From assembly GCA_051313645.2 (NCBI GenBank), contig JBNRSN020000013.1, positions 90,582,001 to 90,646,000 of the forward strand: 64,000 bases of DNA, in the 5' to 3' direction. How positions within the stretch are numbered: the stretch's first letter is position 1; every line of letters starts with the position of its first letter. Source of the DNA: Centroscyllium fabricii (taxonomy: Eukaryota). Below, piece after piece: positions 11,813-25,636 of this stretch. The notes under the pieces were generated by a model that searched no databases, was not told the origin of the DNA, and worked only from the letters and a program-made list of their open reading frames with translations. The translations under genes and the position numbers were made by a program.

Positions 11813-12260
11813 ATGACTGATCCAGATGTTGTGACTGAGGTGCCTGCGGCTTTGAAACGTCTTGCCAAATATGTTGTGAGAGGATTTTATGGGCTGGAGC
11901 ATGCATTGGCCTTGGATATTCTCATTAGAAACCCTTGTGTCAAAGAGGAGGACATGTTGGAGCTGCTGAAATTTGACCGCAAACAACTGCGAGCGGTCTT
12001 GAACACATTGAAAAATGATAAATTTATTAAAAGTAGAATGCGAGTTGAAACTGCTCCAGATGGTAAAACTACAAGACACAATTATTACTTCATAAACTAC
12101 CGTCTTCTGGTGAATGTGGTGAAATACAAACTTGACCACATGAGGCGAAGGATTGAGACAGATGAACGAGATTCCACCAACAGAGCCTCTTTTAAATGTC
12201 CCACCTGTTTCAACACATTCACTGACCTGGAAGCAAACCAACTGTTTGACTCAATGACAG
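11813..12260 (+). CDS. GTF2E1: General transcription factor IIE subunit 1 (TFIIE-alpha), first coding exon
   Basis: Translates [60 protein letters not shown]...RASFKCPTC...LFDSMT, the TFIIE-alpha winged helix and first half of the zinc ribbon. Probable acceptor AG at 11804-11805; donor AG|gtacag at 12261; 448 nt, phase 1. Confidence 0.97.
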
Positions 12261-12349
12261 GTACAGAAAGAGTTTTGTACTTAATTGTTCAGCGTTCCAT
12301 CATTATTTTTTAACCGAGTAGTTTAAGTGATCCAGACTTATCTGATAGT

Positions 12350-12690
12350 TACACTAGTGAATATCTGACCCACATGGACTAGGAAGGTTCCAATCATAAT
12401 TCCCAGTCTATATTGAGGTAACTGAACTCAGTCAGGGTAGTGGTAGGGTTACTACAATTGGCATGAGTGTCTTGGGTTGGCGAGGGAAAATCTGCTGAGA
12501 TTCCAGGATCCCTTGGTGGAAATGTACACCTATGGACAGGATTAGTTTGGGCTCTGAAATTATTTAAATTAAAGAGCACATCCGCACAAGTTCATGCATG
12601 AAGAATGGCCACTTGTGGAAGGGGCCCATGGAATTGTACTCCAACAAGTAGCTCAAACCTTTGGGAAAGGAGGAAGGGGAAAAATGGTGG
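12350..12690 (+). mobile_element. Degraded LF-SINE-like element
   Basis: Resembles 58430-58830 (gag.ta.ctga.ctcag...ctacaattggc...gagggaaaatc.gc); family assigned from recall. Confidence 0.5.
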
Positions 12691-12869
12691 GAAACGGAGG
12701 AAGGAAAGAGCTCTATTGTAGTAAAATGTATTGGGTATTGATTTTGTTGATAACTTAAATTTTGAAAAAGTAGTTATTAGACTAGCAACTATATTTGGAT
12801 TTCAAATGAATATTTCTGTTCTTTCGGTGAGTTGCCAATCTTGATTCTGTTTTCTTTTAATAAGCCCAC

Positions 12870-13220
12870 AGGAGTAGGCTATTGGGCCCCGCGAGCCTAC
12901 TCCATCGTTCAATTAGATCATGGCTGGTCTGCACCTCGCCTCCATTTATCTGCATTTTCTCCATATCCCTTAATACCCATACCTAACAAAAATCTATCAA
13001 TCTCAGCCTTGAAAGCTCCAATTGATCCAGCATCCACAGCTTTTTGGGGGAGTGAGTTCCAGATTTTCACTCTCTGTAAAAAAAAATTTTTTTTTAAAAA
13101 GTGCTTCCAGGTTTCACTCCGCAAAGGCCTAACTCCTAATTTGAAAATTATGTTCTCTTGTTCTGGACTCCCCCCACCAGAAGAAATACTCTGTATTTAT
13201 CCTATTGAATCCCTTAAACA
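12870..13220 (-). mobile_element. CR1 LINE 3' fragment
   Basis: FFLQRVKIWNSLPQKAVDAGSIGAFKAEIDRFL plus 3' UTR. Confidence 0.85.
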
Positions 13221-13689
13221 TTTTAAAGGACTTTTTTTAGGTCAAGTCGTCAGAGAATTTTCAGAATAAATGTTGATAGAGTGTTGGTGAAGTCTTGACA
13301 AGTGTCCCAGAAAGTCCTCTTCAAACCTCCAGCAGCAAGTGAACAGTAAAAGGTTATATACCTTTAAGTAACGCTCAAAATCGTCAGCAACGACTTGTTT
13401 ACCCCCCCCCCCCCCCCCCCCCCAAGCTGGTCGCTGTTTGTAGAGGGTGTTAGTTCAAGTGCTAGCCACCAAAATGCCGTGTAGCCTCCTTAACGAGCAT
13501 AAGCAGGAAACTTAAGTGGCAATTTGAGATCGGACACCACCCCACTATTGAGTCTGGACCATTGCAAAACACGCACTTTTTTACAAAACTAAATGTTTTA
13601 CCATCTTGTAACCATGGATTCATATCTAGTGCTCAGCACCATGTAACTGATAGTAATTTGAAGTCACATTGGGGAAACAGATTATAAAG

Positions 13690-13970
13690 AAAGAACAAAC
13701 TTGCATTTAAATAGTGCTTTTAACACCCCCAGGATGTTCCAAAGCACTTCACAGCCACTGGATTAATTTGAAGTGTAGCCATTGTTTAGTAGGCAAATAA
13801 GGCAGCCAATTTGTGCATAGCAAGGTCACACAAACACCAACGAGATAATTAACTAGTTAATCTGCTTTTGGTGGTGGTAGTTGAGGGATAAATATTGCTA
13901 GGATGCAACGAAAACTCCCTTGCTCTTCAGTTAGTGCCATGGGATCTTTTATGTCCACCTGAACAAGCAA
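13690..13970 (-). mobile_element. DeuSINE-like element, 3' part
   Basis: Reverse complement contains GTGGACATAAAAGATCCCATGGCACTA (Deu core) and an L2-like tail. Confidence 0.75.
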
Positions 13971-14129
13971 ATGTAGTTGATCAACTGCATTATCACTACC
14001 ATTGTCCTTCATGTTTCTTTGAACCCGTGTAGCACAATCCTGTTGGAGGAGATGATAGAACTTTAGTTTGTTCATCTCATTTAAAATGGAAAATAGTATA
14101 TCCTGGCCTTGTCTCATGTACTACAGTTA

Positions 14130-14708
14130 TACCGAGCCTTGGTGAGACCACACCTGGAGTACTGTGTGCAGTAGTTTTGGTCTCCTTACCTAAGAAAGGA
14201 TATACTTGCCATAGAGGGAGTGCAGCGAAGGTTCACCAGACTGATTCCTGGGATGGCAGGACTGTCGTATGAGGCGAGATTGGGTCGACTAGGCCTGTAT
14301 TCACTAGAGTTTAGAAGAATGAGAGGGGATCTCATTGAGACATATAAAATTCTGACAGGGCTAGACAGACTGGATGCAGGGAGGATGTTTCACCTGGCTG
14401 GGGCGGTCTAGGACGAGGGATTAGTCTCAGGATACAGGGTAGGACATTTAGGACTGAGATGAGGAGAAATTTCTTCACTCAGAGGGTGGTGAACCTGTGG
14501 AATTCTCTACCCCAGAAGGCTGTGGAGGCCAAGTCACTGAATATATTTAAGAAGGAGGTAGATGGATTTCTAGACACAAAAGGCATCGAGGGGTATGGGG
14601 AGAGCAGGAATATGGTATTGAGATAGAAGATCAGCCATGATCTTATTGAATGGTGGAGCAGGCTCAAAGGGCCGAATGGCCTACTCCTACTCCTATTTCT
14701 TATGTTAT
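14130..14708 (+). mobile_element. CR1 (HER1-like) LINE 3' fragment
   Basis: QRRFTRLIPGMAGLSYEARLGRLGLYSLEFRRMRGDLIETYKIL plus the tail shared with HE1 SINEs. Confidence 0.92.
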
Positions 14709-16539
14709 GTTAATGACATTTTATCCATGCGGTTGTGCATACCGTGGTTACAGAAGACCATTGCTTATAATTTGCATTTAATACCTGTAGGCATTGACTG
14801 AGAATTACTATCAGATGTATCATTATCACAAACATTGTGCATTGATACCATTAAACTCTTCTTAATTATGCATGGCTTTCTGCAATTGTAGTAATATAGT
14901 TATTAGTGATCATTCTTTAATTGCTGAGTGTTCTTAGGAATAAAGCATTTTTAGAAAAAAGTGGTTTTCTACACAGTATATTAGAAATAACTGTATGAGC
15001 GATCTCCAGCCTTCCTCGTTGAGGTTATACATACAGAAAATCAAGAACACAGAAAACCCTTTATCTAAAACGGTGTATGGTTCGCTCCTACAGACTTGTT
15101 AATGTTACATATATACTCATCACAGGGATGAAAAATAATGTTCAAAATTCTGTTGCCGCTGGGCTCGGCAGCTTAAAAAGATAGTTAGCCCATAAGCATT
15201 GTGCTTGGTCCAGGTCGGCTATAATTCTGGCAGAGATCCAACAATATTACATAAGCCTATTTATTGACTGCTCAAGTCATAATCTACTCATCTTTGCTGC
15301 AAACTACAGTTGAAGTGATGTAGTTTGTATTGAGTAATGTATAATGATGCACAATATTTTGTATCCTTGGGACAATAACCATAAATCTGAGCTCATTCCA
15401 GCATACTACTAAGCTGTCTCAAATAGGTAGTTATTTTCAGAATGAGCAGAGAATAAAAGGGAAATAAACCCAAAAAGAAAAACAAATGAAATGGAGAATG
15501 AAAACCAATTGAAACTTGTGGAAATTTCAGCCACTCTCCACTCTAGGTGCATTTTTCTCTTAAGGCTTCATATTCTTTTGAGTTGTCTTTCCCACTGTTT
15601 TCCTGCTGGCCCTGGGCCATGTTGCTCTAAGCTAACTGCTCGGAGGTGCATTCGAATGGCATCACGATGGCTTTCACTTGTTTTTTCTGGTCTGCACAGG
15701 AAACTTCCTACAGTGGTGCAGCTCAGAAGTGGAACTCAATATAGGTGTTGCAAATGCAGAATAACTTTCACTATTCTTTGACTCCCACAGATTTCAACAC
15801 CACCAACTTGCTCACTTTATGTACTTTTGTCATCCTATGTGAGGTTTTTGTTGCTATTCGTTGAGTAATTTATCATCTTTCCCGTTTCTGCAGAAGTCCT
15901 TCACTAGTCCAAAAATATTGTTGTTACATAGAATAGTCAATAGAGGGCAACACAATACCAGTGGTTATAAAGAAATCTGAAATCCACGATCAGAATCTGC
16001 ATTAATGTAATGGCACTGCTGTGTTGTATTACACAGCTACTCAGCTAAATATATAACATTAAACTCATTGAATCACTCATCTATGTTCTTGGCATTTAAC
16101 TTGTATATACTTGTATATAAGTACAAGGAGAAAATTGCATGGCTATGAGCAAAAAGCAGGGGAGTGGAACTAATTGGATAGCTCTTTCAAGGAGCCGGCA
16201 CAGACATGATGGGCGGAATGACCTTCTGTGCTGTATGATTCTATGCTCTAACATACCTTCTGTGGGGGTGTTCACAGTGAGTCAGAGGTTTTATCAGAAC
16301 AGGGGGGTGTTATGCCAATTATAATTATCAGTGACACTCATTTATCAGCATGGGGGCGGCATTTAAAAGGGGGCATGAGGTCTGGCAGTACTGGCATAAA
16401 GAAGCCAATACCCTATACCATGCACTACATCTTGACAAAAGCAAAGCATTTTTGCCTAACATGTTATAGCTATGCAAGTTGTTGTACAGAATATTTATAT
16501 TTTAACATTTTCTACTTAAGCTCATTAGTAGACAAAGTA

Positions 16540-16942
16540 TAGGTCCGGCACCGTTAATCCGGACACCGGTAATCCGGAAACTTCAGTCGTCCGGAATGAA
16601 TCCGGCCGACGGGTCTGCGCATGCGCAAAACGGCCGCCGCGCTTGGCTGCACATGCCCGGGCCTCTCCCCGACTGCCAGGCTGGTCTGCGCATGCGCAAA
16701 ATGGCCACCGTGTTTGGCTGCGCATGCCCGGGCCCCTCCCTGACTGGTCTGTGCATGTCCGAAATGGCTGCCGCGCTTGGCTGCGCATGCCTGGGCCTCT
16801 TCCTGAACGATTGATGTTTCGGCGAGCGCATTTTGAATGGTCTGCACATGTGCTCGCTGAAGCTTCAATCGTTGTGATTTTTCACTAGTCCGGCACCTAC
16901 CTGCCTGGTCCCGCCGGTGCCGGATTAACCGTGTCGGACCTG
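16540..16942. mobile_element. pogo/Tigger-like MITE, copy 2
   Basis: TA|TAGGTCCGGCACCGTTAATCCGG...CCGGATTAACCGTGTCGGACCTG|TA; internal TGCGCATGCGCA repeats. Confidence 0.88.
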
Positions 16943-17201
16943 TAATTCCAGGTTACACGCATATGTCATGATCATCTGTGATATGATGTATTCAAAACAA
17001 TGAGGTAATCACTAGTGTTTAGTTCCTGTTTATTTTCTATACAATAAATGACAAACACAAATGTGTATCACAGAACACTTGTGCAATTACCTGGGCCGGC
17101 CACTGGAAAATTATAGAAGATTATGGCAAAAGTTACACGAATGTTTCTTCATTTCTTGTGAAGGAACTGTGGGCTATTGTTGCTGTGTATTGGTACTCAC
17201 T

Positions 17202-18113
17202 GGGGTCAATTATCATGGAGCCGCTAGGCGGGGTTTTTGGGCAGCTGGGGAGGGAAAAATCGCTAAAACGGGGGTCCACATCCTCTCCCGCCGGCTTCCT
17301 GCCCGCATGTCAGTTTCACCCGGCGGGTCCGATCGGCCCGCCTCAGTCGCACCCGGGATCGGCGGGGATGGTCGTTAGGCTCATTATGGGCCCTTAATTG
17401 GCATTGGTAATGCCATTTTAAGGGCCCATTGCTATTTTGAGCTTCTTTCCATTGCAAAACCCACCTGGTGGGATCACCGCCGTTGAAAGTTGGCAGACAC
17501 ACAATCGGCGTGGTGCCTTCCACCTTCAAGGCATTGAAGCATCTGCCACAGAATGGCTTGCTGGCCTCCAACATGCTGGAGGTCTAACTGTCTCCCTAGG
17601 GTGCCCAAGATTAGTGGCCAAAAACCTTTACCTCCCAGCTGCTTCCCAGTGGCTCACAGAAAACGTGCTCCGCAGCTGTCAGGAGCCTGCCTGTGAAACA
17701 AAGCACTTAGAACTGTCAATCATCGAGTTGGTGTTAGTTTCTGTTTGCATTGGATTCTGCTCTGGAATTCTACTGAAACCACAAACAGACCAGACTAGTG
17801 AGAGCTGTCACTCATCGAGTTGCGATTACAATCTGTTTGCATTGAATTATGACGTCCGAATGCCCTGAAACCACAAAGAAAAACAGCAGCCCACTTAGAG
17901 CTGCCAATCATCGGCTCTGCTGCTGACACAGTGGAAAGCCCGCCGGCTTTCTTTGTAAAATGAATCAATTGGCAGGGGCTTCCCACACTCGGGGATTTAA
18001 TTGGCCAATTGAGCTAAAATTGCGTAGGGCTTCCACACCCTCCAGAAAGCGGGAAGATAAAGTGATCAGCGGGGAACCCACCCATTTCCCACACCTTTAG
18101 GAAAATTGATCCC
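17202..18113. mobile_element. Non-autonomous element with GGGGTCAATT TIR (PIF/Harbinger-like), copy A
   Basis: GGGGTCAATT...GAAAATTGATCCC with a 3-bp TSD act/act; colinear with 25637-26466. Confidence 0.8.
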
Positions 18114-18119
18114 ACTGTG

Positions 18120-18305
18120 TCAGCGGTGGTTCAGTTGGTAACACACTCGTCTCTGAGTCAGAAGGTTGTGGGTTCAAGTCCCATTCCACGTAAATCTAGG
18201 CTGACACTCCAGTGCAGTGCTGAGGGAGTGCTGCACTGTTGGAGGTGCTATCTTTTGGATGAGACGTTAAACCGAGGCACCGTCTGCTCTCTCAGGTGGT
18301 CGTGA
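18120..18305 (+). mobile_element. DeuSINE-like (SacSINE1-like) element, 5' part
   Basis: tRNA-like A/B boxes (TCAGTTGGTA, GGTTCAAGTCC), then CTAGGCTGACACTCCAGTGCAGTGCTGAGGGAGTGCTGCACTG. Confidence 0.8.
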
Positions 18306-18439
18306 AAGGCAAGTCTTTTTTTCTTTGTTGCTAAATCTGATGGTTAAATTATTTCTTAATCCCATTCCTTTCTCAGTTCATGGCGCTATACTTCTCCTTA
18401 CTCCCTGATCATGCTGGCACCCTTCTTCTCTTCCCCACT

Positions 18440-18585
18440 TCACTCTGGCATTTTTTTCCTCCCTCCCGGTTCATAATGTCGCACTTTCCCATCCTCGGCT
18501 CCAGTTCACATTGGCACCTTTTTCCTCCCTCCCGGTTCATAATGTCACACTTTCCCATCCTCTGCTCCAGTTCACATTGGCACTC
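18440..18585. repeat. About 66-bp pyrimidine-rich tandem duplication
   Basis: TTTTTCCTCCCTCCCGGTTCATAATGTCRCACTTTCCCATCCTC...CCAGTTCACATTGGCAC occurs twice. Confidence 0.85.
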
Positions 18586-18914
18586 TTACTCTCCCACTTC
18601 ATTCTCACACTCTTTCTCCCCCCCCCTCCTCTTCAACGCACACTGGAAAATCACACTGGTGCTCTTCTCCTCCCTCTCCATCCCTAGCCCAGTTCATGGG
18701 GCAAGTCTTTCCCATTTCAACAGCATCAGGTAGAAGCTGTGAAGAGCGAGTTGGGGAACAAGATGGGGTGATTTTTTACCTGGAAGCAGTTTTCCTGTGT
18801 AATGGGCCATTACTTCATGTACAAAGAGAAAACTTGGCAGCAGTTTCCATAATTTCTTTAGGTCAGGGTTGCATAAACTCTATGCAGAGATCAAATTGTA
18901 CAATCTACATAGAA

Positions 18915-20215
18915 CTACATAGAATGTAAAGCACAGAAATAGGCCATTTGGCTCAACTAGTCCATGCCGTTGTTTATGTTCCATGCAGACTCCTCCCACC
19001 CCATTTCATATAACCCTTCTATTCCTTTCTCCCTCCCCTTAAATGCATCTATGCTAATCGTCTCAATTATTCCTTGTGATAGTGAGTTCCACATTCTAAC
19101 CACTCTCTGGGTAAAGAAGTTTCTCCTGAATTCACTATTGGATTAATTCGTGACTATTTTATATGTTTGTTCCCTAGTTTTGGTCTCCTCCACAAGTGAC
19201 AACATTTTCACTACCTTATCTAACCCTTTCATAATCTTAAAGACCTCTATCGGGTCACCCCGGCCTCCTCAATCTTTCCTGATGGATATGCAAGAAACTC
19301 TTGTTTAAACGGCACCTAAATATCCGGAATTCTCTATTAACCGGCAAAATTCTCATCTGAAAACAACACCTCAATAACCGGCAATGTTGCCGAGTCTCCT
19401 GTGGTGGCTGAGTTAATCAGTGGGGGTAGTTCTCCAAACTGCCACTACTCGGCCTCTTGGCGCTGTTGGGAGTCAGAACACCTCAATCCCCCTGTAACAG
19501 GAGTCTGACTGTCCTGCGCTGCCGGTAGTCTCTTCTGAGCCGCCATTTTACAGGGGTACTGCGTGTCTCCCACGCTGCTGGTAGTCATTGCATTGCATTA
19601 CCCTCAACTGGCTGCACTGTACTTAATCAAGCATTTTCCACTATCCATTTAACACAACATTCTGTAGGTGAGCACCCAATTACTGTATACTGCACATTTC
19701 TTGATTTTTAAAATTCTTTGTTAAAAATAGCCTCGGTAGATAACCCTCTCTGTCATCTGGAATCTTTGATCAACCGGCAACACGCCGGTCCCGTCGGTGC
19801 TGGATACCAAAGAGTTTCCTGTAACTCTGAGTTCTGGTATTATACCTTTAAATCTTTTTTGCACTTTCTCCAGTGCCTCTGTATCCTTTTTATAATATGG
19901 ACACCAGAACTGTGCACAGTACTCCAAGTGTGGTCTAACTAAGGTTCGATACACGTTTAACATAACTTCTCTGGTTTTCAATTCTATCCCTCTAAAAAGG
20001 AGCCACAGTGCTTTGTTTGCATTTTCAGTGGCCTTATAAACCTGCGTTGCTACTTTTAGTGATTTGTGTATCTGTACCTTTAGATCCCTTTGCTCCTCTA
20101 CACCATTTAGGCTCTTATTTTTTCCAGGTGTATGTGGCTTCCTTATTCTTCCTACTAAAGTGCAGCAGCTCACACGTAACTATATTGAAATTCATTTGCC
20201 AATTACATGCAAGTT
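18915..20215 (-). mobile_element. CR1 LINE fragment interrupted by a MITE
   Basis: YRTLVRPHLEYCAQFWCPYYKKDTEALEKVQKRF; the 3' part continues left of 19290. Confidence 0.85.
19291..19821. mobile_element. Second Tigger-like MITE family, nested in CR1
   Basis: Imperfect TIRs CAAGAAACTCTTG and CAAAGAGTTTCCTG|TA; CR1 sequence resumes on both sides. Confidence 0.7.
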
Positions 20216-20299
20216 TATTAATGTCTTTTGTTTATACAAAGTTTGTTGATGAGCCAATTAAATCATTCCAAATGGCTTCCTTCTGTGCTGTAACCATTC

Positions 20300-20835
20300 T
20301 ATGAGTATTGCGTCTAGTTCTGGTCACCACACTTTAGGAAGGATGTGAAGGCCCTTGAGAGGGTGCAGAGGAGATTCACCTGAATGGTTCCGGGATGGGG
20401 GATCTTAGCTACAAGGACAGGTTGGAGAAACTGGATTTGTTTTCATTAGAGCAAAGGAGGTTGAGGGGTGATTTGATAAAGGTGTACAAGATTATGACGG
20501 GTTTGGATCGGCTAGACGGGGAAAGGCTGTTCCCACTAGTTAATGGTACAAGGACTAGGGGACACGAAGGTTTTGGGCAAGAGATACAAGGGAAGTGAGG
20601 AAAAACATTTTTACGCAGTGAGTGGTGATGACCTGGATTTAGCTGCCGACGGAAGTGGTGGAAGAGGAGACACTCAATGTTTTCAAGGGGAGACTGGATA
20701 GGCACTTGAGGGAAATAAACTTGCAGGGCTACGGGGATAGAGCGGGGGAATGGGACTGACTGGATTGCTCTACAGAGAGCTGGCACGGACTCGATGGGCC
20801 GAATGGCCTCTTTCTGTGCTGTTATGACTCAATGA
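20300..20835 (+). mobile_element. CR1 LINE 3' fragment
   Basis: LSYKDRLEKLDLFSLEQRRLRGDLIKVYKIMTGLDRLD plus 3' UTR. Confidence 0.9.
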
Positions 20836-22149
20836 TTCCAAATGCTTTTCAATTTTTTTATTCCATTTTTGCTGACTGAAATTTCTATTGTCCAAAATAA
20901 GGTTTTGAACAAAATATATATATATATTTTTACATATTTCACAATAATCTGATTCTATTTAATCAATTGAATAGTTATTTAAAATCTTTTAATACCTTCA
21001 TAAATTTTTTTTTTTTACTTCAAGTCTTCGGCTTCAGTCTCTCCCACGAGCCTGGGCTTGGACCTGATGTTATGCCCAGAGGGGTGACTGTTAACTGAAA
21101 GCAGATGTTGTTGCCTTAGCAATGGGTGAGCACAATTTCTCAGGATGCTTCAGTAACATTTAAGGTAGCCAGAAAATCTCTAAATTTATTTGGTTGTTTA
21201 TCAACATTATTTTGATTTTTTTTTTAAATGGCTAGAAGACAAATTTCAAAACCTTTAAGATAAATCTATATTGAGTATTTTTTCAAAATGCTGTGAAAGA
21301 GCGAAAGAAACAAATTATCGACTGTACTTACTATCTACCTGTGTAGCTTTAGTTGGCATTGGTATTATAAATATACCATAGACTTCAGAAAGTGTATTAA
21401 GCTGAGAGAAAGTGTTTTACCTTATCCTAGTTTTCCTTTTTTAAAAAGGAACATAATTATAAAAACAAACAAAACTGCTATCACTTGATTACCTGTGTTT
21501 TATTGATAGTTAAACAAACTTTGGAACAAATGTTTCCATTTTCTAACTGTGTACCTGGTACCTCTCCCCAGCACTCCTAAAACCAGAGATCCCAGTGCTT
21601 CCAGACCCTGAAACATCCTTTTTCTCTCAACCGCCCCCCACCAACACAACTGGTGCTAGATCGTGAGATGACCCCTTCTGCGTGTAGTCAGAACCTCACA
21701 TCCTTCTTGGTGGTGCGACAACATCCCATTAACACCTCCACAATGCTACCAGATCCCAGTGCTACCAGATCCCAGGATATTTCCTTGTCTGGGAGTACCT
21801 TCACCACACGGACTGCAGCGGTTCAAGAAGGCAGCTCACCACCACCTTCTCGATGGCAATAAATGCTGGCCTTGCCAGCAACATCCATATCCCAGGAATG
21901 AATTTTTTAAAATTCTGACAAGCCCTAGTCCACTTTAGTGCTCCGGCCTCTCGCTGCAGACTCCAGCACTCTGCTCCATGCTGTGTCATCATTGGACTCG
22001 CTGTCTCCAGTGCCAATAAATGCCAGTACCACCTCCAATGCCCCCGGACCCGAACTTCTTCTCTTCCCCCTCCCTCCCTGTCCCACATTGCCCTTTAACA
22101 TGCGATTGCACCCCAACCATAAAACCTCTCACTGTTGCCTAACCGTCTT

Positions 22150-22410
22150 GTTTATTGCCAATCCTTAGTTTCCCTGAGAAGGTGGTGGTGAGCCGCCTTC
22201 TTGAACCACTCTGGCGGTTTGATATAGTTGAGTGGCTTGTTAGGCCACTTCAGAGGGCAGTTAAGAGTCAACCACGTTGCTAAACCTGTCAAAAGATGTT
22301 GTTGGACTGGACTGGATATAGGCCAGGCAGAGTGAGGACGGCAGGTTTCCTTCCCTAAAGGACCTTAATGAACCAGTTGGGTTTTATGACAATCCGACCG
22401 CTTCATATTC
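22150..22410 (-). mobile_element. SINE fragment (family of 63230-63730); another tail lies at about 21820-21910 (+)
   Basis: Reverse complement matches the 63420-63680 core and tail. Confidence 0.7.
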
Positions 22411-22882
22411 ATTTAATTTATGTTGAGAAATCATGGTGCTAAAATTTCATCTGCCGCCACACGTGTTTTTGTTGCGAGAAGTAACATTTTATTGATGTTT
22501 ACAGAGCAATTGGGGGTATTTTTAACCAAACAAAAGTGGGTTGTGGTTGGGTGGGATGTCAAAATGTTTTAAATCTCCAACCCGCCCACTTCCAGTTGTA
22601 ACGGAGTGGGGACGGGGGTGGGAAACCAACCCGCTGCCATGAGGCGGGTTGGCTATTTAAATATTGTAATGAGGCTGCGTGTCTTATATTTAACCTGTCT
22701 TCCAGGTTTAACCCTGGTTGGCCGGGTTTTCCGGCAACTACAAGCATGTGAGGACTGCTTTGTGGAAAAGGGAAGTGCCTTTACAGCACTGGAGTGCTTC
22801 CTCCCAGCCCATCAAGCTTACCTTCTTTGCCCGCCATCAGACTCGGAACACTCCCCGCCTCCCCACAACTCCCTTAATAGTA

Positions 22883-23315
22883 CAGGTTGAACTTCGTTAA
22901 TCTGGCACGGGCGGGACCAGGCCCCTACCGGACAAGTGAAAATCCCGAACGATTGAAGTTTCGCCGAGCACATGCGCAGACCATTCAAAATGGCCGCCGT
23001 GAAAGGCCGGCGGCCATTTTGAGTGGTCTGCGCATAAGCTGATCGTTTGGGGAGGCTCGCAGCGGCCAGGCTCGGGGAGGCTCGCAGCGGCCAGGCTCGG
23101 GGAGGCTCGCAGCGGCCAGGCTCGGTTCGGGATCGGCTCGGCCATTGTGAATGACCAGCGCATGCGCTCGCCGTTCGGCGGCGCATGCGCAGATCATTCG
23201 CCGAAGCATCGATCGCGGTGGCCATTTTGCACATGCGCAGGGCAGTCGGGGAAATTATTGCCGGACGTTCGAAGTTGCCGGTTTTTCGGGTGCCGGATTA
23301 ACGAAGTTCAACCTA
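22883..23315. mobile_element. pogo/Tigger-like MITE, copy 3
   Basis: TA|CAGGTTGAACTTCGTTAATC...GGATTAACGAAGTTCAACCT; internal 25-bp unit GGGGAGGCTCGCAGCGGCCAGGCTC x3 at 23049-23123. Confidence 0.88.
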
Positions 23316-24376
23316 TTTGCGAATACATGTTTTGACTAAGTATTTCTATTTTTATTTGACAGCAAAAGATGGCAGAAACTTTGGCACTGGTATTACGGGC
23401 TGATCTTGATTTCTCTTTTTGTATGTAAAGCACTTTAAGACATTTCTGAGAGATAGAAATGCAAGTTTTTTTTCTCTTTACTGTTTTTCACTTAGTCCCC
23501 TGCAGTGATTTTCTTCGAAAATTGAAATACATTTCCAGAAATGGACTTTTGCACAAGCTTGTGATTGTAGAAATGAGAAGATCCCATATGCTGCTGGACT
23601 CTTAAAATGAACGTTCTAATAGTTTACCTCCACTTATTTGGATGATGATCACTGTATCTTGATTTGAACTACATTTTAAAAAATAAGATGAAAACACAGT
23701 AGGTAATTTTAACATTTTGATATAATTAGCTGCCACTTAGCACATTTTAACTAAACAGGAATTAGCTTAAAAACACTGCAAGCTTACACTCCTGCATGTT
23801 AAATTTAAAAGTCATAACCATCTGGTGCCAACTGCCACATGATTTGGAGAAACCATATAGTGTGGCACTGAGTCAGGAGCAGTCGGATTTGCTCTGAATG
23901 GTTCTATTCAAGCATCTGTACCTTGTTGGCAATGTGATTTGTGGTTTATTCAGATTTCAAGAGAGATGCGATGACTGCATTTTAAATTTTCCTTTCTTTT
24001 CAAAAATTGTCTCTGCCAATTGTTATTACTGTCCCTACCTACCTTGAAAACATTGACTGCTAGGGTACCTAACCTGGATAGCCATTATTCATGTATCGGC
24101 CTTCATGGTGAATGTTGCCAGCCAGGTAATGTGACAGCAGGCCCATCAAAAGTGACTTTGTTGGTTTCTCACCTAATGTCAATTTACTTGCACTTCCAAG
24201 ATTCCAGCTTCTGGCCTATGTTGTAAGATCTGTATTCGATTCACTAATTAATCTAGCGTATTGAGGCCAATTGTAACTTTCTCACAGGTATCCCAAGTGA
24301 GACTATCTAGCATCTTTTCTTCATCCCCTTTCTCCCTCTTTCCCCCCCCCCCCTCCCCAGCACATTTCCTCCGACA

Positions 24377-24779
24377 GGGTGGCACGGTGGCATAGTGGTT
24401 AGCACTGTTGTCTCACCGCACTGGAGACCCGGGTTCAAATCCAGCCTCGGGTACTATCTGTGTGGAGTTTGCACATTCTCCCCGTGTCTGCGTGGGTTTC
24501 CTCCGGGTGCTCCGGTTTCCTCCCACAGTCCAAAGATGTGCGGGTTAGGTTGATTGGCCAGGATAAATTGACCCTTAGTGTTAGGGGGATTGAATATGTG
24601 GGGTTACGGGGATAGGGTGGGATATGTGTCGGTGCAGGCTCGATAGGGATCGATTGATATGGGGACAAGGCAGGGACAGGGTACTGGGTTTGGATGATCA
24701 GCCATGATCTCATTGAATGGCGGAGCAGGCTCGAGGGGCCGAATGGCCTACTCCTGCTCCTATCTTCTATGTTTCTATG
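24377..24779 (+). mobile_element. HE1-type V-SINE, full length
   Basis: A box TGGCATAGTGG, B box GGTTCAAATCC, V core, HER1-type tail ending TTCTATGTTTCTATG. Confidence 0.92.
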
Positions 24780-25636
24780 CCCCTTTCCCTCCTGCTCCTC
24801 TTTCCCCGTTTCCTCCCCTTTCCACCTTTTCCTCCTCCATCTCTTCCCCCCTGATAGAGCAAAAGGATATTGACATGTTTAAGTTCACTGGTAAAACAGC
24901 TTAGAAAAATCTTCACCACACCAAGGTCGAAATATCTAATCCCAGATGTCTGGTAAATTCATATTACAAACCCTCCAGCCATGTAATATCCCAATACAGT
25001 CTATTTCTTTTAAGTCAAAATCACTTGAATTTGATTCTTGTTTGTGTGCTTCTGTGCTATTATTTTAATTGCTTAATTCCAGATAATTTGAATTTGTTAG
25101 TACAAAAAACCCAATTTGAATTAAACAGGAGTACACTATACAATAAACGTAGAATGAAAAGCACTGTTTATAAATTTAAAATATGCAGAATGCCCAAATG
25201 TATATTTAAAGATTTTATTTATGTAATATGCAGATAGTTCTGTGTATAATAATCCATAATTGCACTACACCTGCTTTAGTAAATCTTTTTCAAAAAGCCT
25301 CTTAAGCTGTCTGTCTTCAGTTCCATTGTGCATTTGTATAAAGCTGTTTTTTATGCCTATTCAAATTTGTCATCTTCCACTTGCACTCTATCTGTTGCAA
25401 ACACCATGACTGTTTCTGAGGGCACTGAAGGGACACTGCGAGCTAGATTCCATTTACAAGGAGGCGCTCTCATTTACAGCCATCGAGAAGTTGTCCATCA
25501 AAGGAGGGGAGTGCATACTCTGCTGCCAAACAATGGGAGGATCCATCTGTTGTCAGATTCTCCATTGTGTCATAGAATGATACAGTAAAGAAGGCCATTT
25601 GGCCCATCGTGTGTGCCTGTGCCTCTGATAGTTATT

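Noticed and set aside
24377-24450. tRNA gene (also 10830-10896, 18120, 52457, 63230)
   Set aside because: The A/B boxes run straight into SINE core sequence; these are SINE heads.
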